A stretch of DNA of 56,406 nucleotides, filler included, from Bipalium vagum (Eukaryota), in the NCBI GenBank assembly GCA_037834085.1. It is 3 parts of 3 records of this genome, joined end to end, with 100 filler letters (N's around TTAATTAATTAA, not from the genome) between each part and the next. Parts side by side here need not be neighbours in the genome. Positions count along the whole stretch, not along the records: positions 36,408 to 56,406 come from JBBMKC010262700.1; 2 more parts are not named here. One strand, written 5' to 3'. A program made the translations under genes and the position numbers. Positions 37,964 through 51,252 of this stretch are shown here, one piece after another. The stretch's first letter is position 1, and each line of letters begins with the position of its first letter. The notes beneath the pieces are model-generated. The model searched no databases, was not told the DNA's origin, and saw only the letters and a program-made list of their open reading frames with translations.

Positions 37964-40262
37964 TAAATATTAAATAATTTGGTTGCTAACGTAATCTATT
38001 CTTAGTATCATTTAAATTTACAATTTTTTTTATTTAAAATTATTTAATTCGATATTATATTATTTAATATTTTTATTTAATAAATTAATTATTTTCTTAA
38101 ATTAAATATGGACTCTGTTAATATTAACTCTGTTGGTTCAGCAAACATATTGAAATTAAAAATTTTAAAAAAAATGTATTCTTTTAATAAATTTAATAAA
38201 AATTAAAGTTCAGAGTTACGGATCTAAAGATAAAAAATAATGTTAATAATAATAAATAAAAGTCTCTCGAACAAAGAGCAAAGAGTTTTGATTAGAAATT
38301 TTTAATAATTGTTAACACACATATTGCCATATTTAATTGCTAAAAATATGAAATGATCAGCTTAGTTCATTTATGTTTGTTGGTAATTTGAAAAGCCTGA
38401 GTTTTGAAAATAAAATAAATTAAATCCACAAAACAATCTGATGTTTGACATAAATAAAAAACAAAGCAATCCACAGCATTAACTGCTACACACCTAACAT
38501 AATTGATATTAATGACTGGACATTGCTCAAAATTATTAACACTTAAAAAATATATAAATTCAAATAATTATTTGAATTAATCACTAAATTAAGAATTAAA
38601 GTTCACAAAAATATCTTTAAATAAATAAATAATTTAAAGAAGAAACACGTAAATATATATACATGATTATTTTGTTTTATTGTTTACATTAACATGTATA
38701 TTTAATGACTGTAAGAAAAACTGACTTTAAGAAGTAAATAAATATGTCTGATATCAGATATTCTGACACATAAGTTTATGATAAATAGTGTAGTGTGATG
38801 TTATCAAAAACATTATCTTATCCACAAATTATTTAATTATTTTGCCTCAGTCTTAACCAACTGAGTACATTAATAAAATGTTGATAAATTTATTTGTATT
38901 AATAGATTGTTATTGAAATTTTTTCTCCGAAAAATTCATTGGTTTTTATTATTAAAAATTATAATTTATTTTTCATTAATTATTCATATGTTAACTTTGA
39001 AAGGGAAATAAATTTGTTTACGTTAATTTTTATTATTTATTATTTATCATTTCCTAAATTTATAAAATTATATTTTTGGATTAACGAATAATTTCTAATA
39101 AATTTTATGAATAATTTTAAATTAACATCATTTTCTTTTATTTAATTAATTTATTTAAATAAATTATTTATTTTAACAAGTTGTAATAACTGGGAGTGTA
39201 TTTAGAGAAACATTAAAATATTAAAAGTTTTTAATAAATTAATTAACAAGAAATTTTTCCTTACTATTTATTTTAATAGATGATAATTAAAACAAAAGAT
39301 TTTAATTTCTAATTTTCTTTTTTATTTTTAAAATTTAAAATTTCAGTTTATTACAGCTCACATAGATATATATTAAATTTTATTAAAATTCATCAAATAA
39401 TTATAGCATTAAATATATAAATATTTCACAGTTTATCATGATAAGAGAGTAATTTAAAATCAATATCTTTAAATAAATATCCTATTAATTTAATCAGTAA
39501 GCAGAAAATGAAAAAAATTTTGAAAATTTAATTCTGGTAATTTTTGATAATAGAAAACTTACAAAAAAGTAATCCAATTTAAACAAAATATTACAATACA
39601 ATGCTTCAATGCTTGAATTAAAATATATCAACTTCTAATTTTATTTATATTGTCAAATTCGATTTGTCCCGTCAAATTATTTTTCCTTTGATTTTAATAA
39701 AATATTACAAGGGAAAAGATTTTTTTATAATTAAAGTTTCTGAACTTCATTTACCATTCTTTGTTTTAATGGTAATTTTAATTTGATAAAGATTTTATAA
39801 ATAACCTATTACCAAAACTAATATATTCATTTTAAAAATTAAATAAATAATAATTTAGTTTTGTATTTTTTAATTTATTATTTTCTGATATCAAATGATG
39901 ATTTTCTTCTACAAAAATGGTTGAAAAATATTTAATATGTGATAAAATATTTTTAATAATTTTAAAATAAATATTTCTAATTTTTATCTAATTAAAGTCG
40001 TAATAAAATCATGAAAAGGAAATGAAATTTTGTATTATTAAATTAAAATGTATTATTTCTCCTTTCAACTTTTCTACCGGAAGCAGGTGTGTCATGTGGA
40101 TCATTACAGAAATTAATTTAATGTAAAATTATTTTAATTAAATTCCATCATCTGATTAGAAATTTTCTTTGTAAAAAGAATATTATTTATATTATATTTT
40201 TATATTTTTTAATTTTGTAATTTTTCCGAAAAGGAATACAACGATTTATAAATTCAAGGTAC

Positions 40263-40747
40263 CTTAAATTCTTTTCAAAGTACGGCAGGATTTCCGGTGT
40301 TGCAATAAATCTCGAGGATTCCCCGGAAATGGCAATTCTTTTCGTTCTTTCATTTTCCAGTTTCATTTCGTTTTTAATTTTATCTCTACATTCGATGGTA
40401 GATTGGGAGAAATTCATTTTCGCCTTATATCCCATGTTTGCTCCGCAATTGTAACAAAGTATTTGATTGTTTGGATATTGTATTAATGTCCGACCAACTG
40501 AAAACGGGGTGTTATTGTTCGAAACAATATACGAAAAGTCAGCGGAATATCCGGATGGCTTATGGATCATTCTTTGAATTGGAGATTCGAGTATGGACCG
40601 ATATTTGTGCAGTTCTCTTTGCAACTTTTCAATTAATAGATCTTTTTGATCCAATTCATCTTCCAATTCATCTATCAAAGAATCGCGTTGTTTCAATTCT
40701 TTGATTTTCTGTCTTAAATTCATTTGAAGTTCTCTCAAGGTCCCCAT
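40263..40747 (-). CDS. PRKG1: cGMP-dependent protein kinase, first coding exon (PKG-I-beta-like leucine zipper and autoinhibitory site); remaining exons not found on this contig
   Basis: [53 protein letters not shown] closely matches the PKG-I-beta zipper. Pseudosubstrate [11 protein letters not shown]. Donor AG|GTACC at 40262 after LPYFEKNL, so the ORF-track tail is intron read-through. Confidence 0.9.
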
Positions 40748-42291
40748 AACTTTGAATATTAATAGGATAGTTGTCTTTGATGAAAGAAGAAGAAAAATGA
40801 AAACGATTTATTCTCGCAAATAAAAATAATTCTTCGACTAAAACAACTTTCGTCTAATACAGACGAACAAATTCAAAGTTAAATGTTAGAAAAACAGAAA
40901 TCTGACATTAACATTACTATATTTGATATTTGTATATTTTGTTTTAATTATTAATCAGTTTCAAGAAACTATTTTACAGTATTATACTAATATACAGTAA
41001 TCAGTATTTAATGGCTTTCGGTATTTTGATTGGATGAAATTCTTCCATTAATATTTGATTTCTGATATGCATTACATCTATTTTTTTTATTTTAATTTAG
41101 CGTTGTTTTTATAATTATAATTTAAAATATTAAAATATGGCCAGAATATCAATAAGATTTTAGGGTAAAAAATTAGAATTTTATTAAAAGTTTTAAATTT
41201 GAAATTAAATTTTATTCCAGAAGTCCTAACTGAAAAAGAAATTAATGATTACAATTAGGATCATGAAATTTAGAAAATTATTGACACTGAAATTGCAATA
41301 TATTATTTTCAAAATTAATTATATTTTATTACTTATTATTAAAGAATCAATAATTTTTGGATCAATAATCATTTTCATTATTATTATTTATTATTATTAT
41401 CATTATATTCTTGATGATTAATCAATTAATTAAATAATTTATTTTTATAAAAATGGTAAAAATGGTAAATTAAAATTCATTTCATGACGAACACAAAGTT
41501 TCTTAATCAACCGGAACTGAAGAGATATTACTAAAAATGATTATTGCTTGTATGGAATTAGGAATTATTTAATCCCTATGTCCCAGACTCATTGATCTGG
41601 ATTATGAGCTTATATAATTAAAAATAATTAGTTAAATGAATGGGAATATTTTGTTTTTATAGTGAAATAATAAAACAGTCACATACTTTACAATTTGATG
41701 AGTTGTTTTGTGTCAGTGAATTTTTGGAAAGAATTTCGGATTTTCTTAACGAAATTTTTGTAAAATATTTTTTGTTTAGGAAAATTATAACCCGATTAAA
41801 AATGGGGATCCACGTCGGCAGTATTGCACTTGTAATGTTCTTTAAAATATAAATAATATTTCGGATAAGAGCGTTCGCTAAATTCGACCCTATGACTTGT
41901 TAGTACAAAACTTAATGAGAGAGACTTCATATTAAAAGTGCTCAGAATGCAATCCATAACGAAGTTCATGAAAGAATGAGCCCATGTGGATGAAGTGCAT
42001 TATATGATTTGACCTATGATTACATAGGAAATTTTAAAATTTTTCTTTTAACTCAGTACCTTAACAACTGTCATTGGACCCCCAACGATTGAGAACCGTT
42101 GTTTTTTCAAACTACCAAACTAGGATTTAAATGAGTTGAAATCAATAAAATTATGGGAAAATGTGCGATCAGAACCGTCGTCTGCACCCATATTATTTGA
42201 AAAAATGTTATGGTCACAGCGGATTTAAGCATTGGGAATTTTCGCAAAAAATAAATTTTTTCAACTCTCAAAGACTTTTTATAATGAAATA

Positions 42292-43587
42292 TTAGGTTTT
42301 TGCACAAATAATGTCGTTTTTTGGCAGGTCATTATTTTAATTCATTTCAATAAATGTTTTGTTTGAATATTCAATATATTTTGATAAATTTTTGAAAGTA
42401 AAATTTTTACTAAGTAAATTTTATTATAAATTACTTAAATATTTATTATCCTTTTTAGGCGATTTAACCGAATATGGAAAAATATCAATATCGTACCATT
42501 TTTTGTACGAATACAAATAAGGTACAAATACTAAAAATGCTCGCAATTATTATTATTATTGGCTATTATTACTATTATTGGCTCGCAAAATGAATAATGC
42601 ATTTGGTCCTGTAACTGTCAATCAGCGTATGGTGCAACGTTGGTTTAAACGGTTTCGTCAGGGAGATGATACCCTTGAAGATGAGAATGGTCGTGGTCGT
42701 TCACGTAAAGTTGACAATGATAAATTAAAGAAGATAATCAAAGCTGATTCATCAAAATCCACAAGAGAAGTCGGAGCGGATCTTGCGGTTGATCATGCAA
42801 CAGTACTTCGTCACTTAGATCAGATTGGAAAGGTGAAAAAGATGGATAAGTAAGCCACATGACCTGAGCAAAAAAAATCGTCATTTCGAAGTGGCATCTT
42901 CACTGCTTTTGCTCAACAACCGCGACCCATTTCTCAATCGAATCGTGACGTGTGATGAGAAATGGATTCTCTGGGACAATGTTCGGTACAATGGTTGGAT
43001 AGAAATGAAGCTCGGAAACATATTCCAAAGCCAAATTTGCACCTTAAAAAGTTATGGTGACTGTTTGGTGGTCTATGGCTGGTCTGATCTATTACAGGTT
43101 CCTAAATCCGGGCGAAACTATTACAGCATAAATATACTGCCAGCAAATAGACGAAATACATAGGAAACATCGAGTCATCTGTCCGGGACTGGTTAATAGA
43201 AAAGGTCCAATTCTCTTGCACGACAACGCACGCCCACACGTCGCACAAACAACATTGCAAAAAATAAACAATTTGGACTACGAGATTTTGACTCACCCTT
43301 CATATTCTCCAGCCCTCTCGCCAACAGATTTCTGTTTCTTTAAGACTCTGGATAATTTCTTGGTCAATAGGTGCATCGAAACCCGAGCCGATGCTGAAAT
43401 GGCCTTTTGTATTGTTGTCTTCAGGAACAAAGAGTTTTATTCCACAGACATAAAAAACTCATCACTCGTTGGCAGAAATGTATTGACTCGCATGGAAATT
43501 TATTTGATTAATAAAGTTTATTTTTCATTGAGTTATGGCGTTTTTACTTTTATAGCTGTAAAACGACATTTTTTTGCACCAACCTAA
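42292..43587 (+). mobile_element. Near full-length, frameshifted mariner (Hsmar1/cecropia-like), 1296 bp
   Basis: TA|TTAGGTTTTTGCACAAATAATGTCGTTTT and AAAACGACATTTTTTTGCACCAACCTAA|TA TIRs. Motifs NNAFGP.TVNQRMVQRWFKRF, RIVTCDEKWI, KVMVTVWWS, LLHDNARPH and HPSYSPALSPTDF. Confidence 0.95.
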
Positions 43588-46185
43588 TAGTATAAAACAA
43601 GAAGATCATATAAGGAGAATTCACGTATTCACAAAAACTTTACGTCATAAATACAGTACCGGATATAGAATTTTAATAATGGTGAATATCAGTGGGAGAG
43701 TTGTGCCTGGTGCTTCTTTACTACTGCTTCAATTTGTGACGGAATATGAGAAAGACATACTCTTAACTCTTCTTCAACGGTTTTAAGTTTTTCACGGTTT
43801 TTATTTTTAATGTTGAATAGGTAAGAAAATCCCAGTTTACATAAGTACAAAGTTCAGAATTGCAGTAGTACTTTGATTGCCTTTTCACTACCAGTTAGAT
43901 ACGCTTCCATAACAGAAATCCAAAAATCCAATTTTCATGAGACAAGTTAATAAAACCAGAGTATTTTGAAATTTAAATTTAAATAATAAATAAAAATTAC
44001 ATAATTAAAACAAAATAATGATTAAAATGAAAAAACCATTTTTCGTATTAGGAATTTTTTCTAAATACAACCCATTCGGTTAATTTACTTTGCAAAGATG
44101 AAATAATTGACAATTATATTCGAATAGACAAAATATTTGTCAATGGGAAATTTCTCAATGTGGAATTAAAATTTTTTATTTATTTATTTTTAAACGAATA
44201 AAAAGGAGAAATGTGCAGAAACGATTTTCATCTGATAATTTGATATTTAATCAAGCGGCAGCATTTTTGCAGAAAGGGCAAAGCTCTTTGGATTCCATTT
44301 TAAACATTGAATGCTTTATGGGAAACATTCGAGGATGAATAAATCCTGAAGGAACAATTCGAGGGCTGTCATGTTTTTTTGCTTTGGGATGCACTAATGA
44401 CAGAAAAATATTGTCGTTTTTTTTTAATTGTCACTGGAAAATATTTTATATTTTTGTGGAACGTTTTTTTTTTGCAAAATTTTTATAAATATCAAATCAT
44501 AATAATTGTTTTAAAAGAAAAAATAATTTTTCTACGTAATAATAATAATATATTATTTTATTAATAAATGTAAAAATTTATTTATTATTATTTTTTTATT
44601 TATATATTATCAAATTAACACAAAACATGTTTTGAACTTTTCTTTTCAGTTCTTCATCAGTCAATAAAATGTTTTCGATATTTATATTTTAACTTGTTAA
44701 CACCAGACCTACCAAGGCTGTTTAAAGGACCGTTTCTATAATTTAATCCTGAAATTCATATAGACATTTTTATTGTTCCGATCTGTCTGTTTATGTGTTT
44801 CACTCGTACAATCATTTATTGAATAATCTTATCATTTAATTATTTTTAATTGATGAGAAAAAATTCCAGTATGGCTTACCTCCCAATACCAGTCATCTAT
44901 ACGGGTAAATGTAAAATTATTTACCTTAATTATTATTAGACAAATTTATCTTTTTAATTAATCAAAAGAAACATTAACGATTCTTTAATTGATGAAAGGG
45001 CTAAATTTAAATTGGGCTAAATTTAAAAAAGATACAATTTAAAAAACTGAGCACAAATAAAATATGATATAGGTTAGCGACCCTTTCCTTCCAGCAAAAC
45101 AAAAAAAATAATTTGAAAAAACGCATTATGGAAAATAATAACATTTGCTTTTTCATTAAATTTTTTACTAATTTAAAATTATTAGATTTTTCACAAAAAT
45201 AAATATTTTAAAAAATAATTTTGTTTTTAATTAATTATTACAAAATTTTATCTTATTAATATATAAAAATTAATAAACAAAATTATTTACAATTTCTCTA
45301 ATCGCAACTCATATAATGTTGTTTTTTGTTATAAAAAGAATCATTAAAAAATATATAAAAGCAAAAGAATTATTGAGCAGCCCAATACACATTTGTAATA
45401 AAAATTAAAATAAAAAAAACGAATTAAAAAATCGATGTTATTTTTTTTTAAAAAGTAAATTAATGGAAATCAATATAAGAATTTGTAGAAGAAAACGTAA
45501 ATTTACAAGATGACTTAAGATATTTTCAATGATAAATTTGTATAAATTTTGTAATTAGTTTTAATCAAAATAAATATCTTTTATTTAGAATTTTTGTTTA
45601 AAATGGAAATATTTACCATTGTTTTAATAATTTGTTAAAATAATTATTTTCAGAGTTGATTAATTTATTTTGATAAAATCAAAACTTGAAAAATATTTTT
45701 TTGATAAAAAAATTAATATTTTTCTGGAAAAATAAATTGATTAATTTTCATAATTTATTAATGATTTTGTGCAATTTTAATTGAAAATTTTATAACATGG
45801 ATTTTTCAAAAAATTTCACGCCGTTATTTTGCATTTGTGCAGAAGCCAATGGTGATTATTTAAATTAAATAGAATTTGATTTCATTGAATTGCTATTGAT
45901 TTTATTGTTTATTACATAATTGGATATTTCATAGTTACAGCGTAATATATAAAAAAGAACTAATTGAGATTTCAATCCTTTTCGTTATTATGAATTCACA
46001 TGGAGAATTGAACATATATTTCATGTTTTTCATGTTACCTCCTCCCGAAAGATGTTCACATTTTATCACAAATTACTGTGGTCTCAAAATTATTTTAAGT
46101 ACATCAAAATATTTTGAAGAAAAGATATCCCATAAGATATTATATATCTTTCAATTATTATCAATATTTTTCATTTTCCTATTGT

Positions 46186-46304
46186 TAGTGATGGCTAAAA
46201 ATCGTTACTCTCCATAATAATAATTTATTCAAATCGTTTTCTGTTTTGTTCAATTTCCTATTAAAATTTCGTTTGTTTTGAAAACGATTTTTTAGCCACC
46301 ACTA
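46186..46304. mobile_element. MITE-like ~120-bp element with hAT-style termini
   Basis: TAGTGATGGCTAAAAATCGTT at 46186 is the inverted match of AACGATTTTTTAGCCACCACTA ending 46304. No 8-bp target duplication is visible. Confidence 0.55.
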
Positions 46305-46331
46305 ATATGGAGACCACACCAGGATACCAAC

Positions 46332-46550
46332 CAGCGGACGAGATCTCGAAAGTGAAAAAGGAAAAGTAAATGAAAGGAAATGGAATTAAAAGACTCGGGG
46401 CTGTTAAGGGTATGAATGTGAGCTTTAAAGGAGTGGGATGTGATATATAATGAAAGTTACTCGGGGGATGTAGCTCAGCGGTCAGAGCATTCTATGCACA
46501 TTTTATGGTCCAGAGTTCGAATCCCAGTATCTCCGATTAATTTTCAACTA
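46332..46550 (+). repeat. tRNA-Ala-containing dispersed repeat, copy 2 (body, then tRNA)
   Basis: GGACGAGATCTCGAAAG...GACTCGGGGCTGTTAAGGG...TGTGA...TATATAA, then a tRNA-like gene and GATTAATTTTCAACTA. Confidence 0.85.
46464..46535 (+). pseudogene. tRNA-Ala-derived pseudogene
   Basis: Acceptor stem GGGGATG/TATCTCC with the G3:U70 Ala identity pair. D arm GCTC-AGCGGTCA-GAGC, B box GTTCGAATC, downstream TTTT. Anticodon and T stems are mismatched (TGC is visible). Confidence 0.8.
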
Positions 46551-46899
46551 ACACCTATGATATCAGAGTTTAAGTGTATATAATTATGTTGAGATTTATT
46601 TTAATTTTCCTCTCTAGATAAATTATTTTATAACAGTTTAATCGATTTTATTTTTATAAAATAAAGAAAAAAGGTAATGAGACTTTCTTAAATATTATTT
46701 TAATATTTTAATCATTAAAAAGTTTCTGACAAAATGTCAGATACAAATCGTAAAATATGAAAAATGTGTGCTTGTCCTTCAAAGTATTCTCGCCCTAAAA
46801 TAAACTATAGTTAACAGGAATGTGTAGAAGAAGATTCGATTTCCAAAGTAATACAATAATAAAAGTTATTTTCAATAAAGCGCACCTTGTATACACAGT

Positions 46900-47000
46900 A
46901 AGATAAATAGGTTTTTCTGAAGAACATGTACAGATGTCAATAATGTGTTTTGTCATCGCTTATTACAACACAGTATTGGATTCTTCTTGGTATACTATTA
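46900..47000 (-). mobile_element. Possible Sola-like transposase scrap
   Basis: YCVVISDDKTH then, frameshifted, SVHVLQKNL. The family assignment rests on motif recall only. Confidence 0.3.
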
Positions 47001-47484
47001 TTGGAAGATATATTTCTCATTGGTCTATGTCTCCATATCTTTTGAAGCAGAAATTTTTATTTATCCAATGTTTACGGAGTTTCAAGAAAAGATCGTATCG
47101 GACGACTTATGATACTCCAGAAATGCTCAACAAATATTATTATGGAATGGGTTCAGATATTCTTTGGATTGAGGTTATCCCTTTATCAGAGTCATTTTGA
47201 ATGCTCTTCGATAAATCAATGAAATTTTGAGATCCGTATTACTTCTATTGATGGAAACACTTTCAGGCAAAAGTTTTCAACAAAATAATAATGTTCTTTC
47301 AAGAACCAGAAGTGGAAGAATAACTTGACCACTTTATTGCCTTTTGAATATCTGTGGTGTATTATGGGTCAATATTATTTCGTGTTTTACTTTAAAATAT
47401 ATTTGTTTCTCACTATTACATTTCATAAAGACCCTTAATGTAATGATAAAAGCCGAATAAATCAGTGGGCATTTTTTATTAAAA

Positions 47485-47865
47485 AAATATAATTGCACAC
47501 AACAACACAAGGCCACATGTTGCTCTAATTTCTAAAGGATTACAAAAATAAATGATCTTGTGTATGAAGTTTTTCACCATAACACTCAATCATACATTGC
47601 TACTTTTGCAGAAGCTTTGAAAACTTAATTCAAAATCAGCACTACATTAACATATCCCCAGCACTTTTTATTCCAGGAATGTCAAATCAACAAAAGTAGA
47701 TGTCATAACAAGGTTTTTAAAGTCTACCTTACCGTTGGCAGTAATCAATTGATTCAGATGACGACTATTTCATTGAATAAATGTTTGTTGTGTGTTCATA
47801 ATTTCATACTCACATTTCATGTTCACATTTCGTGGTCTGACATTTCATTGACAAATATCTTATAA
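47485..47865 (+). mobile_element. Mariner C-terminal remnant
   Basis: HNNTRPHVA, LQKINDLVYEVFHH and RWQ*SIDSDDDYFIE fragments. Confidence 0.65.
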
Positions 47866-48479
47866 TATAATTTTATTATTTGTATTATTAGAACAATACA
47901 TTTTATTTTTTATTTATCATATTTTTTTATTATTTACCGTGGACCAATTAAAACACATAATGCTTAAATTATTGTGAGAAGAATTAGAATAAAAATAAAT
48001 ATAAATATGATGAATTGGTTGCACTTTTTAGGGGTCTTATAAGTAAAATTTCCTTAAATTAAATTTATAGGATTTCCAATAAATTAATAATTTTTCAGAT
48101 CAGTGATCGCTATTGTACAGGATAATTTACACTGAACGATCATTTAAAGATTATAACGAATTCATTTAGCGACAAAGCAATTCGACAGAAATGTCATTTA
48201 TTCATCCGTACAATTCAACTTAATTATTTTCCTTTTATTTTATCATTTCTTGTCATTACGATTAATTATAATTACTTATAAATTATTATAATAACGATTA
48301 CTATAATGATGGTGTTAAATGTCTATTGATTAATATTTATTATTATTATTATTATTTTTTTAATATATATTTGAATAAGATTCGCTAAACTCGATAACTA
48401 TAGATTGCTTTTAAAAATCTCTAAAAATATAATTTTGTGAAATATACATTATTTCTTTTTCTGTAACAACAATATTTGG

Positions 48480-49450
48480 TTGATATTGAAAAAAATTACA
48501 GGAAAACCTAAGAATCACTAACACAGCATCAGTGGGCGTACATGGAGAAGACTTGGATTATTTCGAGAATAAGATGTCCCAGAGAAACTGACAAAAGGTT
48601 GAACCAAATTTTTGATGTCCACTTTTGTGAAAAGAGAAGAGTTTATTTGTGGTGGGCTTGATAAATCGGAAATTAAGACCAAGCACTATATTATGAAGAT
48701 TGGTTAAGAAAGCCCTTGACAAAAGACTTGGAAAAAACCTTGAAGAATAAAAAATCAGGCTTGTTCATACAAGAAGAAGATTTGATTATCATTTGATACA
48801 ATTATAACGACCCCTATATATTTGAAGGAAAAATCAAAAGATGAACAACAGAATGTTATTCAGAGGTACATACGTGTTTTAAATAGAAGCAAAATTCTAA
48901 GCTTCAGAGACAGAAATGAGGTTCTGTACTGGTCTTGCTAAGAGATAAGTTATATCACTTGCAAGTGTCTCTAAAAGAGCATTAAATATACTTATACAGA
49001 TCCGATTATCATCTGTTAAGAAATTGTGACAAGTTGCGATACTCAAGACATGAAAGTAATTGAAGAGACGTGACGCAGAAATGTCCGGAAACTCAGGGCA
49101 TGAACAACAGTAACAAGGCAGCAAGGTTATAGTCAGACAATTTAGAGGATATTACGAGAACAGAGGATTTTCAAACCACAGATATCAACAATGGATACAA
49201 CAAATAGCGTTAGATAAAAAAGACTACGTAATAAGAAGGGAAAATACTCAGCAAAGAGGAGGAAAAAATGGAATAGGCTGCAACTATGGGCTAAAGAACA
49301 AACAGAATCGATATATTGATATTCATAAGAAAACCTCTTTGATAGTATTGCAGAGGTGTGAAAGGATTTGTCTGAATATCATGAATAGAAGAGAGCTTAC
49401 TCTCAGTTATCTAAAGACAAAAATATGTACATCTGACTGTTAATGGAATA
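48480..49450 (+). mobile_element. Decayed gag-like retroelement sequence
   Basis: Purine-skewed, formerly coding-like stretch with a start-less open frame near 49113-49443 (QFRGYYENRGFSNHRYQQ...QQRGGKNGIGC). No diagnostic motif. Confidence 0.3.
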
Positions 49451-50927
49451 TTTAAAGTCTATTTGGGAAAACTCAAGGTTAAGGTCATCGAAATGAAGAG
49501 TTTATACGGTAAGGTAGGGTTCAACAATTTAGTTTTTACCTTTTTAGTCATCCAAATATTTTTTTGTTTCAATGGAAAAATGATAGCTAGCTACATGTGA
49601 CCAAAAGATATATTCATGATGATCTTTTATAAATATCTGTGTTTTAAGGATCATGAACGCGCTGGGTTTAGATTACGGTATCGATGACTCGACTGTTTTG
49701 AAGGAATTCCCAGTGGACAGAACTCTCAACATTTAACCACACACAAAGCATGGTTTTACGCTCAGAGCGCTAAGTCAAAACAGGCGGTTACTTTTCACTA
49801 ATTCTACCAATAAATTAAAAATTCCAATATTCGACTCTTTAAACAATTTACTTCTAAAATCAAATGTCCCGTGAACTGATGAGGTGTTTGCGGTAAATAT
49901 CAAATTAACATTTATCTTGATTTCCGTTAAGTTGTGGAGTGGATTTCTGCACAAAATTCTTAATTATCCAAATTACGATTAGTGGTTCTTTCTGAAGAAT
50001 TCAGTTTGTCCGGCAGTCTATACATCCTGGAACTGGCATTGTCCACTCTGACTCCCAGTACCTCTTGGTTCAGCATTCACAGCTATCGTCCTGCTTGAAA
50101 CTCCTGAACTACCATTGGGACGCAATATTTTTTCACAAAATCCTTGTCTCCCAATGTAACCTTTTTAACCTTAAATCAGGTCGCTTTTCATCATTTGTCC
50201 TGCTATATTAAAAATATTAAGTAAGACAAAATTAATTTACCACTCAAAAAAGTTTTATCTTTTTTCGAAAAGGATCCTTTTCATGATAACGTATGACTGA
50301 ACCCAATAGGTAAATTCATTTTTTCATTTCCTTTGAGAATTTTATTATTTAAATAGTTATTTTTTCAATATATTAATTGAAAACTGTCAATAAAATGTGC
50401 AGGTAAAACTATGGTTTTCTGTGTAATGTCACTTATTTCAAAACCTTTACCAAACGGTCGCGGATATTTTACTCGAATAAAAACGAAAGAAATAAAAAGC
50501 GAAATAAAAGAAAGAATAAAAATTTGTGAATTAAAAGAAAAAATTATAAAAAAAGATTGAACAATGGTCTTAATGAACCGAGGTCAAGGGTGAATATAAG
50601 TCGTAGATATTATCATCGATCCCGATCGGATATTTATAATACAGATTCTATAATATATTTTAATTTTGGCTGTCCCAATGGGGCCATCTAAAAATTATCA
50701 AAAAAACATAATTGAAAATTTTAACCGACTGAAATTTTACAATTAAATATTTTGCATTATTTAATAAAAATATTATTTAAGGAATATTTTATTAAATATT
50801 TATTACCAATTTTACAAATCAATAATTAGAAAAATAAATTTTTGTGATAAAGAAAAAAATATAATTGGTCAAAAATCGATAATATTTAATCATTTTTCTG
50901 AAGTATATAAAGAATAATAATAATAAT

Positions 50928-50963
<36 letters not shown>

Positions 50964-51252
50964 CATAAAATTGTTTAAATTATTGATATTTTAATTTCAC
51001 ACTTGATTTTTTTATTAATTTTTCTTTTTCATATTCAATTCTATTTAGTTTGATAATAAAACTGATACAATTTCCGAACTTATAAAATACAAAAATAATT
51101 GTTTCTAAATTATAATCGATACATAAAAAGCTTTTATTTTTGATATTATGAACTATTTTATATATTATTTTTATTTTATTATTGTGTGCAAGGAATTTTC
51201 GAAATACATGACTGCTATTGAAAAAAAGTATGATTATTTTATATTTCATATA

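Noticed and set aside
44697-44740. TTAA-CACCAGACCTACC piggyBac-like terminus
   Set aside because: No matching opposite end or transposase found.
49870-49925. CTGATGA followed by a stem-loop as a hammerhead ribozyme
   Set aside because: The required GAAA after stem II is absent and stems I and III do not form.
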